Part shown: piece by piece, positions 56,171 through 64,000 of the stretch
Layout: every line of letters begins with the position of its first letter
Numbering within the stretch: position 1 is the stretch's first letter
From: Eubacteriales bacterium
Lineage (GTDB): Bacteria; Bacillota; Clostridia; Oscillospirales; CAG-272
Assembly (NCBI GenBank): GCA_045542275.1
Contig: JAZQKP010000038.1
Location: forward strand, 9,674-73,673
Reading direction: 5' to 3'
DNA: 64,000 nt
Position numbers and translations under genes: made by a program
The notes under the pieces: generated by a model
The model's input: only the letters and a program-made list of their open reading frames with translations
Database searches by the model: none
Told to the model about the DNA's origin: nothing

Positions 56171-56725
56171 TTACTCAAAAATATAATTCGTTTCACCTGA
56201 TACTAAGGCCAGTGTACCTCTGTAAACAATTTCAGGACGACGATTGAAATTTCTAATCATTCTGTCCGCTTCAATCTTGGAATCAACCTCAACATTAATA
56301 TCAAGCACCTTTCTTCCGCATTCTGCGATTTCACAATGCACCATATATTTACCGTTATCAAGCTCATTTATGTATGCATCTGTGACTGCGCCTCTCTTTT
56401 CAAATGAAAGATGGCGAATCGCACTTCTGTAGCTGGATTCTCTAATGCTTGCTGCAATTGTATCACTCAGCTCTGTTGCAATTGTCTTACCTGTTGACGA
56501 TACAATATATAAGCTTTCCTCTTCTCCCTCTTCCTTTGGAAGCTCTGTAATGTGATGTGCATCTACAAGCTCAGTAAAGCAATCACCACATTCAAAATAG
56601 CTTACAATATTTTCCTGGTAAAGAATACTGCAAACATCACCGAATTTAACAGGATATCCTATCCTGTCCATGAGATAAAGTATAAAGATTTTTATCTCGT
56701 TTTTGTCTTTCATAAAATTACTCAT
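56171..56725 (-). CDS. DUF4364 family protein
   Basis: About 184 aa beginning KNEIKIFILYLMDRIGYPVKFGDV, which I recognise as the clostridial DUF4364 (winged-helix-like N-terminus) family. AAGGGGA RBS at the 56725 ATG. Confidence 0.6.
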   Translation of the reverse strand: MSNFMKDKNEIKIFILYLMDRIGYPVKFGDVCSILYQENIVSYFECGDCFTELVDAHHITELPKEEGEEESLYIVSSTGKTIATELSDTIAASIRESSYRSAIRHLSFEKRGAVTDAYINELDNGKYMVHCEIAECGRKVLDINVEVDSKIEADRMIRNFNRRPEIVYRGTLALVSGETNYIFE

Positions 56726-56812
56726 TTTAACATCCCCTTTGAGACTATACATAATAATTTTATCACAACCAAAGCCATTATTCAACAAATTTTTTAAAAT
56801 ATAAGGGAAAAA

Positions 56813-57556
56813 ATGAATTTTTTAAAAAGAACAGACCTGGCCTGTGAAAAAACCGAAGCTGAAAGATCTAATTACTACATTTCGAAGGAATCTGTTTACG
56901 ATATTGATGCACTGTGCTCCAAACATAAAGCCGATAGCAAAAGAAAAAATATTATTCTGACAGTTGGCAAGGTATGGATGTATAATGAAAAGTATAGACT
57001 GAATACCTCTCTTGCTATATCTGAGTACATTAATAAAATGATATGCTCAAATGCTAAAAGATTTCTTATAGTGGGTCTTGGAAACAGACTTATTACGTCC
57101 GATTCTCTCGGTGCTTTTACCATTGATGAGCTGTATCCAACCGTCAATATCAGGGAGCTTAAAAACAAAATTTTTATTCTTGCTCCAGGTGTAGAGGGTC
57201 AAAGCGGAATACCGACATTTGATGTAGTAAAAAGCGCTATTACCCTGTCGTCGGCAGATACGTTAATTTTAGTTGACTCCTTATGCTCAGCTAGCATTGA
57301 ACGGTTATTAACCACGGTACAAATAAGCACTGAGGGGCTAATGCCCGGAAGCGGAGTTGGCAATCACAAAAAAGAAATAAGTCAAAAAACTGTTGGCATT
57401 CCGGTTATATGGATAGGCGTACCCACAGTAATAGATCTGAGCAAGTATAAAAATACCTGCTTCAATTATTTTGTCTCACCAAATGACATAGATATATCCA
57501 TAAAATCTCTATCTAAAATTATTGCAAAAGGAATTGAAATAGCACTCTACAAGTAA
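56813..57556 (+). CDS. gpr: GPR endopeptidase (spore germination protease), short form
   Basis: RTDLACE N-terminus, VGLGNRLITSDSLG, and APGVEGQSGIPTFDVV...LILVDSLCSASIERLLTTVQISTEGLMPGSGVGNHKKEISQKTVGIPVIWIGVPTVI, which aligns closely with Bacillus GPR. Followed by spoIIP as in Bacillus. Confidence 0.8.
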   Translation: MNFLKRTDLACEKTEAERSNYYISKESVYDIDALCSKHKADSKRKNIILTVGKVWMYNEKYRLNTSLAISEYINKMICSNAKRFLIVGLGNRLITSDSLGAFTIDELYPTVNIRELKNKIFILAPGVEGQSGIPTFDVVKSAITLSSADTLILVDSLCSASIERLLTTVQISTEGLMPGSGVGNHKKEISQKTVGIPVIWIGVPTVIDLSKYKNTCFNYFVSPNDIDISIKSLSKIIAKGIEIALYK

Positions 57557-57562
57557 TAAACT

Positions 57563-58666
57563 ATGCTCTTTCCGAATAAGATGATAAAAAAAGGAAAGGA
57601 CAAGGTTAAAATGAAGGAAGAAAGCAAGCTGATAAAATACGGCTATCCGGAAAAATATTCAAGCGAGATTATCTACATTAATAAGCCTAAAAAACACATG
57701 ACACCTATTCTTAAAATTTTACTGATTTTGTTCGTGATAGGTACAGTAATTTTTGTTACGAATAAATTTAAAGCTCCGATAATAAGTTTTATAGGTGGAT
57801 TAACAAATGCTGAGGATTCTTCAATAAGCACAAGTGCCAGTGACAATATGAGCAGCTCAAGCGAAGTGGAAAGCTCCAGCCCGACTGAAGATACAGGTTA
57901 CAATAATGGGGGCTTTCCGATATATGCTTTAAACGGTAGCGGCAAAGGTTTTATTAATGAAACAAGCAAAAATTATGAAGTTTCGAAGGAAGATTTTAAG
58001 CTTATAACACCGACACATATATATGCTCAGTACGGAAAGGATGCTCCCGTAGTTCTTATAATTCACTCTATGGCTAATGAAGCATATTCAAATGGAAAAA
58101 ACTATACACAGGGTCAGGGATTTTACGGTGAAACAGACAATGTTGCCTCAATTGGCGAAGTAATTATTGATGTGTTGGATAGTCAAAATATCAATGCAAT
58201 ACACATAAACAAGATATTCAGCAGCTCCGTAAATTCATCAAAGAATGAATATGAAAAAGCACTTAAGGAAACTTTAGCAGCATATCCAAGCATTACCTAC
58301 GTAATTGACATTTCAAGAGATGTAAAAATAAACAAGGATTTAAGTATGCCAAAGTACATTTTTGAAAGTGAGTTGGGCTCTTGTGCACAGATAAAAATAA
58401 CCACAGGATCGGACTTTTTGTATAAAAATGAATTTACAAATGACAATTTAGCCTTTGCATATGCGTTACAAAACAATATAGAAAAAAATATGACTGATCT
58501 CATACGAACAGGAAGTATATCCCCCTTCCCTCTTTCACAAAACATCGCCAAAAATTTTATTAAGGTATACATAGGCTCCTTTTCAAATTCCTATACCGAA
58601 GCTGAAAATGCGGCTATTCTCTTTTCTGAACAGCTATCAAATTTTTTAAACAATAATGCTGAATAA
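57563..58666 (+). CDS. spoIIP: stage II sporulation protein P
   Basis: N-terminal TM anchor, a Ser-rich linker and an amidase-like domain (VVLIIHSMANEAY...). gpr-spoIIP synteny. The start among several in-frame Met codons is uncertain. Confidence 0.7.
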   Translation: MLFPNKMIKKGKDKVKMKEESKLIKYGYPEKYSSEIIYINKPKKHMTPILKILLILFVIGTVIFVTNKFKAPIISFIGGLTNAEDSSISTSASDNMSSSSEVESSSPTEDTGYNNGGFPIYALNGSGKGFINETSKNYEVSKEDFKLITPTHIYAQYGKDAPVVLIIHSMANEAYSNGKNYTQGQGFYGETDNVASIGEVIIDVLDSQNINAIHINKIFSSSVNSSKNEYEKALKETLAAYPSITYVIDISRDVKINKDLSMPKYIFESELGSCAQIKITTGSDFLYKNEFTNDNLAFAYALQNNIEKNMTDLIRTGSISPFPLSQNIAKNFIKVYIGSFSNSYTEAENAAILFSEQLSNFLNNNAE

Positions 58667-58667
58667 T

Positions 58668-58702
58668 AAAAAAGCCGATACGGAATGCCCGTATCGGCTT
58701 TC
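58668..58702. terminator. bidirectional terminator between spoIIP and the convergent ABC gene
   Basis: aaaaa-agccgatacgg-aatgc-ccgtatcggct-tt. Confidence 0.85.
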
Positions 58703-58708
58703 GGTTTA

Positions 58709-61171
58709 TTAGAAGTCGTAATCTGCAGCTAAACGTGCAGGTGGCTTTCTATTGAGGGAAATAATAGGTAATATTGCAAATAGCAATCTAAATATAGCAA
58801 TTGCACCAAATGTAAGTAATGCACCCCAAATCGGGAATATGAATATTTCACCTATTACCTCAATATTTGCAATTATTTTAATTGCAGCAAAGATAACTGC
58901 AACGGAAGGAAGTCCGTATTTAAAGGTTGTAACAAGGCTTTCCATTGCGAAGATAACCATAAGGTTCTTCTTCGGAATACCAAGCAAGCGATACACAGTC
59001 ACAAGATCCATTCTATCCTTAATCTTGGAGCGCTGCATTAAATAAAGCATTACAAGACAAAGAACTGTAATTGATGTAATAACTATTGTTCTTGCATCTA
59101 CCTTTGCAGTGGTTCTGCCAAGGTATTCGTTATATGCCAAGGTATAATTATCAATCTTATTTACATCGAGTTTACCCTTTATTTCTTTTGGAAGCTCTTT
59201 ATCAAGATATTTAAGAATACCCGCCTTATCCTTTGCCCAAAGAGTAAAGCTATCTGTTCCGTATATCATTGAATCATATATTTCATCAATTGCTTCATCG
59301 CTGATAACTATTCTTGCCTTTATATTAACCTCACTTGTTACATCCCAAAGAGTTTCCTTAACCTTAAGGGGATACAAGCTTCTGGTCTTGAGGGTTGTTC
59401 CACTGGGATAATTAACACCTGTGCTGGGACCAAGCGCCAAGCACTCATTCTTCTCCAATGTATAGGTTGGATCAAAGCCCGTAAGCGCCTTAAACTCGGA
59501 CAAGGTAATAACCTCATATCCGACAGTACCAATAGCCAAAAGACCTTCTCTGCTCATGTAAACAGAAGGCTCACCTGAATCACAAATACCCACTACTGTA
59601 GGTGAGTAATATCTACCTGTTTCAAGGGTCTTGCCAAGAAAATATTCAGCATTAGGTATCATATTCTGCAAAATGCCATCTTCTTCAATTGCCTTATCAA
59701 ATACCCAACGGTCTACTACAATTTCATTATAGTTCTCAGGCATTCTTCCTGCTATAAGCGTCCTCTCGTTTAACCTGGAAATGTCTACTGTAGTATAAAT
59801 TGGCAGCTGCATTGTTAAGGTACCTATTTGCTTGATAGTTTCGTCCTTATATTCAAAAACAGAGCCGGATTTAGGAATAAAATCAACATCCATACCGGAT
59901 TCCCTTATATATTCCATATACATTTGAATCTGTTCATCAAGAGTTGTTTGATAAATATTGAGGGCAGGACCTCTTCTGAAATTAAACAAAACTGCATGAG
60001 AATCATCTGTTATAAAATCCTCGGGATCAATATGGGAAACTGTTATAAAGTCTGCCACAGCAATTGAAAGCATAAGTGAGAGAATGATTATAAACATTCC
60101 AAGACTGAATCTGCGAATTTTCTTCTCAGAAACTGAGCTTTTTGCCTCCTTAAGAAGGAATCTTAGGCCTAAAAAGCCCTTTCCTTCCTTACGCTTCTCT
60201 TCTTTTGGCTCTCTCTTTTCTGTTGCTTTATCTACAAAGCTATCCTTAGAAAGAACAGGGTGTGCACCCTCCTTAAGATATGGTGCATTTGCCATATCAG
60301 AGGATAAAACCACACGTGAATCGCTGAATTTAACAATAATTCTATCCTTCTCTGCAATAACGGTAAGAGCTACAGGAGCTGCGTTTTCAGCAGTAAGCAT
60401 TCTTACAGAAAGATTAGCAGCGCTGATATTATCCTCGTTGTAATCTCCTGCGTAAACTGCATCCTTTTCGCCTGCATCCATAGTACCTCTCTCCCAGTCT
60501 GTAGTATCGGAAACGATATTACCGCTGTCAAGAGTGATAATTCTGTCTGCAAAGAAATTAGCAATTCTTGTTTCGTGGGTTACCATTACTATAAGACTTT
60601 CCTTTGAAAGCTCCTTAAGAATGGTACAAATATTCATTGTGTTGGCTTCGTCAAGGTTACCTGTAGGCTCATCGGCGAAGATAACACGAGGACGACGGGC
60701 GATTGCACGGGCGATTGCAACTCTCTGCTGCTGACCACCCGAAAGCTCTCCAACAGGACGCTTTCTATATCTGAGCATATCAACTCTGGCAAGCGCATCC
60801 TTAACCCTCAACATCTTATCCTTATGTGGAATATCCAGTGAATGCATTCCAAGATACACATTATATGCTACGGAATGCTCACTTAAAAGATAATAGTTTT
60901 GGAATATGTAACCGAAATTTGCATTTCGCTCATCCTCCATCTCCTTAGATGTAGCACGCTTGATTTCAGTGTTTTCAGTAGTTATACTACCACTATCAAA
61001 AACATCAAGACCGCCAATTGCATTAAGTAAGCTGGTTTTACCGCAGCCAGATGAACCAAGAATACATACAAAGCCGGTATCCGGAAGTTCAAAGGAAAGT
61101 CCGTGAAGAACCTCGTTAGCACGTTTTGTGCCTTTATCATAGGTTTTCTTTAAATTATTAACCTTAATCAA
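58709..61171 (-). CDS. fused ABC ATPase + FtsX/MacB-type permease
   Basis: 820 aa. NBD (GSSGCGKTS, LSGGQQQR, VIFADEPTGNLD), one TM helix, a ~330-aa extracytoplasmic domain, then a three-helix FtsX C-terminus ending RKPPARLAADYDF. Confidence 0.85.
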   Translation of the reverse strand: MIKVNNLKKTYDKGTKRANEVLHGLSFELPDTGFVCILGSSGCGKTSLLNAIGGLDVFDSGSITTENTEIKRATSKEMEDERNANFGYIFQNYYLLSEHSVAYNVYLGMHSLDIPHKDKMLRVKDALARVDMLRYRKRPVGELSGGQQQRVAIARAIARRPRVIFADEPTGNLDEANTMNICTILKELSKESLIVMVTHETRIANFFADRIITLDSGNIVSDTTDWERGTMDAGEKDAVYAGDYNEDNISAANLSVRMLTAENAAPVALTVIAEKDRIIVKFSDSRVVLSSDMANAPYLKEGAHPVLSKDSFVDKATEKREPKEEKRKEGKGFLGLRFLLKEAKSSVSEKKIRRFSLGMFIIILSLMLSIAVADFITVSHIDPEDFITDDSHAVLFNFRRGPALNIYQTTLDEQIQMYMEYIRESGMDVDFIPKSGSVFEYKDETIKQIGTLTMQLPIYTTVDISRLNERTLIAGRMPENYNEIVVDRWVFDKAIEEDGILQNMIPNAEYFLGKTLETGRYYSPTVVGICDSGEPSVYMSREGLLAIGTVGYEVITLSEFKALTGFDPTYTLEKNECLALGPSTGVNYPSGTTLKTRSLYPLKVKETLWDVTSEVNIKARIVISDEAIDEIYDSMIYGTDSFTLWAKDKAGILKYLDKELPKEIKGKLDVNKIDNYTLAYNEYLGRTTAKVDARTIVITSITVLCLVMLYLMQRSKIKDRMDLVTVYRLLGIPKKNLMVIFAMESLVTTFKYGLPSVAVIFAAIKIIANIEVIGEIFIFPIWGALLTFGAIAIFRLLFAILPIISLNRKPPARLAADYDF

Positions 61172-63419
61172 TGTTCTCCACCTCCTCCATTAATGCAAAG
61201 TCAATATCTTCATCTGATTTTTCATGATTAAATACGTGCTTTTTAAGTGCCCTGTAAATTGAAAGCAGTGAGCATGCGCAAAGAACAAAATGGGCAAGTA
61301 TAAGAAGAATTATCTTGAATGTATCAAAATACTTGAATATAGCCACAACATAGCTGAAGCGCACACCGTTAAGCAGGAATATTACTCCAAGACCTATAGC
61401 CTCACCAACTAATGTGAATATAAGCATAATCAGGGATATTGAAATATATGCTGTTTTAGCTGTAAGACCTATATTGGACATAAGCTTATAATGAGCAGTA
61501 ATAGAGTTGAACATAGCCTTCATAAGTATAAGTTGAAGAACCACTGTAAGAACAAACGCCGCAATACATACTCCAAGAGTGATAACTCGTTCTGTACCAA
61601 GCTCAGAGTCCTCGATAACAGCACCTACACGGTATGGGGAAACTGTGAGATAGCCCATCTCTGTCAAATCATCAATTACTCTGTCGGTATATGAGTAATC
61701 CTTCATATATACACTTGCCTGAGATGATGATTTTTGAGGCATATAATTATCATATATCGCCTGATTTACAAGATGAATCTTTGTGTGAGGACAATTAAAC
61801 ACTCCTAAGTATTCAAGGACAAGAGTACCTGTTTCAAAGAAGAAAAATCTATTGTTACCAAGACCCTTAAAGCCTGCAGAAATATCGCCGGGCATAACAA
61901 CCTGATCCTCTTCAAGCTCTAAGATCTCATCCTTTGAAATGCAAATTTCAAATTTTCCGGCCTCATACGGTAGGAAAAGTGTATCCATGCTATATGCCGC
62001 AGTATCAATAAAATTAGCCATAGCCTCTGAGAAGTACAAGCCACTACCATAAGTGGTCTTACCTACTACATCAAAGGTTATTGTTATATAGGCATTTAAT
62101 GCCCATGCTTTTCTGTTTTTAATATGAACAGTTACGGTGTCGCCAACCTCATGCTTGGGATCGGCAGAAAGCACCTCATACATTTTTTCGGGCGCTCTTC
62201 CCTCTCTGATAATATCCTTATCAACAACGGGAAGTGTCTGCATATATGATTCATTATTAAGGAATTCAATAGCATCAACAAGATACAATCCACCGGGATT
62301 GGTTACAGGATGATAGTCTGCGCTTTCCTTAAACACCTTGTATTTTTTATAGTCTACGTTTTCTCTGTAGTAATAGTTAGTATCGGTAATACTGCTCCAT
62401 TCCTCTACCTTTTCAACGTATCGTATATCGAGAAGCTCCTCAAGCTCCTCAGCAGTAAATTCTGAGTTATCGGGTTTCAGTACAACCAGTCTGGTTGGGT
62501 CTCCGTTTTTAAATGCTGTATCGTCATATTTCTTTGCCGTCGTATTATCAAAGGAAACCATAAATGTACCCAAAAATACGAAGGTAATTACCGTAGTAAG
62601 TGCTAAAAGAAGACAAATAATTGATGTAAATACAGGACGTGACTTAATTGTCAGATATGTAACATATGGTGCCAGCTTCTTTTTCTTAGCATCATTTTTC
62701 TTTGTTTTCTTAAGCTCTGTCTCAACCTTTGGAGCCGGACGAAGAGGCGCATCGGTAACAACAACTGCATCAGAAAGTATTATTCTTCTTGTAGCATAGT
62801 CCTCAGCCTCGGAAAACTCGTGAGTAATAAGAATTACAAGTCTGTCCTGAGATGCCTTATGCAAAAGCTTAATAACCTTCTCGCTGTTTTCTCTGTCAAG
62901 GTTACCTGTAGGCTCGTCCGCGATAAGAACCTTTGAGGGCTTTGCAAGGGCACGTGCAATTGATAAGCGCTGCTTCTGACCACTGGAAAGCTTACCTGCC
63001 TTACGGGATTTAAACTCTAAAAGGTCAACCTCCTCAAGTATCTTAAGAGCCTTTTCTCTTGTTTCCTCTTTCTCTACTCCACTAAAACGAAGTGCGCTCT
63101 CTACATTCTCAAGAACCGTGTTTCCGACAAGGATACCGTAGTTCTGAGAAATAAAGCTTACATAATCGCGACGGTAGTGCTCCCAGTCTGCTGAGCTATA
63201 ATGAGATGTAGGTGCACCGTAAATATATAGCTCACCTGCCTCATATGGAATAATTCCACCGAGAATATGCGCCATTGTAGATTTACCACTTCCACTTTCA
63301 CCGGTTATAGCAACAAATTCACCAATCTTAAAAGAAAGGTTTATACTTGAAAGTCCCATTACTACACTGGTTTTTGAGGTGTAATACTTGGACAGGTTTT
63401 CAAGTCTCAATACTTCCAT
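61164..63419 (-). CDS. fused ABC ATPase + FtsX/MacB-type permease
   Basis: About 751 aa. NBD (GESGSGKST, LSSGQKQR, VLIADEPTGNLD), a TM helix, a large extracytoplasmic domain and an FtsX C-terminus. It overlaps the downstream partner by 8 nt. ATG at 63419 after GGAG. Confidence 0.85.
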   Translation of the reverse strand: MEVLRLENLSKYYTSKTSVVMGLSSINLSFKIGEFVAITGESGSGKSTMAHILGGIIPYEAGELYIYGAPTSHYSSADWEHYRRDYVSFISQNYGILVGNTVLENVESALRFSGVEKEETREKALKILEEVDLLEFKSRKAGKLSSGQKQRLSIARALAKPSKVLIADEPTGNLDRENSEKVIKLLHKASQDRLVILITHEFSEAEDYATRRIILSDAVVVTDAPLRPAPKVETELKKTKKNDAKKKKLAPYVTYLTIKSRPVFTSIICLLLALTTVITFVFLGTFMVSFDNTTAKKYDDTAFKNGDPTRLVVLKPDNSEFTAEELEELLDIRYVEKVEEWSSITDTNYYYRENVDYKKYKVFKESADYHPVTNPGGLYLVDAIEFLNNESYMQTLPVVDKDIIREGRAPEKMYEVLSADPKHEVGDTVTVHIKNRKAWALNAYITITFDVVGKTTYGSGLYFSEAMANFIDTAAYSMDTLFLPYEAGKFEICISKDEILELEEDQVVMPGDISAGFKGLGNNRFFFFETGTLVLEYLGVFNCPHTKIHLVNQAIYDNYMPQKSSSQASVYMKDYSYTDRVIDDLTEMGYLTVSPYRVGAVIEDSELGTERVITLGVCIAAFVLTVVLQLILMKAMFNSITAHYKLMSNIGLTAKTAYISISLIMLIFTLVGEAIGLGVIFLLNGVRFSYVVAIFKYFDTFKIILLILAHFVLCACSLLSIYRALKKHVFNHEKSDEDIDFALMEEVENID

Positions 63420-63458
63420 GGTTTGTCTCCTATCTAAAAAATCTAAATAACAAAACAT

Positions 63459-63487
63459 ATTTTATCACATTGTCTATATCTTGTAAA
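63459..63487 (-). promoter_or_regulatory. sigma-A type promoter of the ABC/FtsX pair
   Basis: Minus strand: TTTACA - 17 nt - TAAAAT with TGa extended -10. Confidence 0.55.
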
Positions 63488-63604
63488 TAAATATTTATAA
63501 AAATTAAACAAAAATTTATATTTAAATGATTTGCTATCCGTAAACTATTAACAACAAAAACAGAATAAAGGTCACTAAATAATTCAAATAATTATAATTT
63601 TTTA

Positions 63605-63638
63605 CAAAAAAATCCGTCACCGTAAAAGATGACGGATT
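63605..63638 (-). terminator. rho-independent terminator after the upstream paralogous ABC/FtsX gene
   Basis: aatccgtca / tgacggatt stem. On the minus strand it is followed by a run of seven or more T. Confidence 0.8.
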
Positions 63639-63642
63639 AATT

Positions 63643-64000
63643 TTAAAAGTCATAATCTGCAGCAAGACGTGCAGGTGGCTTTCTGTTAAGGGTAAAAATT
63701 GGAAGAATTGCTACAAATAATCTGAACGCTGCAATTATTCCTAATGTCAGAAGTGCGCCCCACACGGGGAAGATAAGAATTGTACCCAACTGCTCTATTG
63801 TTGAAATAAGTCTGATAGCGCCATATGCAATTGCAATAGTCGGCAAAGAATATTTAACTGTTGTAGAAAGGCTTTCTATTCCGAAAATCAGCATAAGATT
63901 TCTCTTTGGTATTCCAAGAAGCCTGTAAACCGTAACAATATCCATTCTATCCTTAATTTTCGAACGCTGCATAAGATACAGCATTACAGCTGAAAGAAGA
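63643..64000 (-). CDS. 3' end of a paralogous fused ABC ATPase + FtsX permease gene (5' part lies outside the window)
   Basis: The last ~113 residues are collinear with the C-terminus of the 58709-61171 product (MLYLMQRSKIKDRMD.VTVYRLLGIPK.NLM.IF...LNRKPPARLAADYDF). Confidence 0.85.
   Translation of the reverse strand, partial: LLSAVMLYLMQRSKIKDRMDIVTVYRLLGIPKRNLMLIFGIESLSTTVKYSLPTIAIAYGAIRLISTIEQLGTILIFPVWGALLTLGIIAAFRLFVAILPIFTLNRKPPARLAADYDF

Noticed and set aside
1-64000. A search of the whole window for CRISPR repeats, IS or transposase genes, integrases, phage genes, restriction-modification systems, toxin-antitoxin pairs or other defence modules.
   Set aside because: I saw no regularly spaced direct repeats and no ORF with recognisable transposase, integrase, nuclease-helicase or defence motifs. 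Every large ORF is accounted for by housekeeping, sporulation, transport or carbohydrate functions. This is a by-eye assessment, and a systematic repeat or HMM scan could still find small elements.

Overview
This window looks like a core chromosomal segment of a low-GC, spore-forming Firmicute, probably a Clostridia or Oscillospiraceae-type gut or rumen anaerobe; that taxonomic call is inference. Genes are tightly packed on both strands and most gene blocks end in clear rho-independent terminators. Recognisable content includes:
- tig-clpP-clpX.
- A three-gene oxidoreductase/TIM-barrel operon.
- metK behind a SAM-I riboswitch.
- The spoIIAA-spoIIAB-sigF operon.
- An eight-gene purine operon (purE-F-M-N, purO-like, purH-like, purD, purL) behind a ZTP riboswitch.
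- A serC-serA-DUF1015 operon.
- Three glycoside hydrolases that appear to be intracellular (GH20, GH3, GH95).
- abrB, spmAB and RNase J.
- A heterodimeric ABC exporter.
- The TIGR03960/TIGR03936 radical-SAM pair.
- rlmB, a SigH-like sigma factor, gpr-spoIIP and one tRNA-Leu(CAG).
- Tandemly duplicated MacB-type fused ATPase-permease ABC genes.

I found no CRISPR array, transposase, integrase, phage module or recognisable defence or toxin-antitoxin gene. There is no clear-cut novel system here. The most interesting unexplained items are:
- A 720-aa membrane protein that looks like a P1B-type ATPase with every catalytic motif replaced.
- A stand-alone, A+T-rich ECF-type sigma factor fused to a roughly 420-aa cytoplasmic domain.
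- A GFO/GFO/double-TIM-barrel operon that fits oxidative (3-keto) deglycosylation or inosose chemistry.
- DUF1015 linked to serine biosynthesis.

All functional calls come from reading the translations and motifs by eye. No database search was run.
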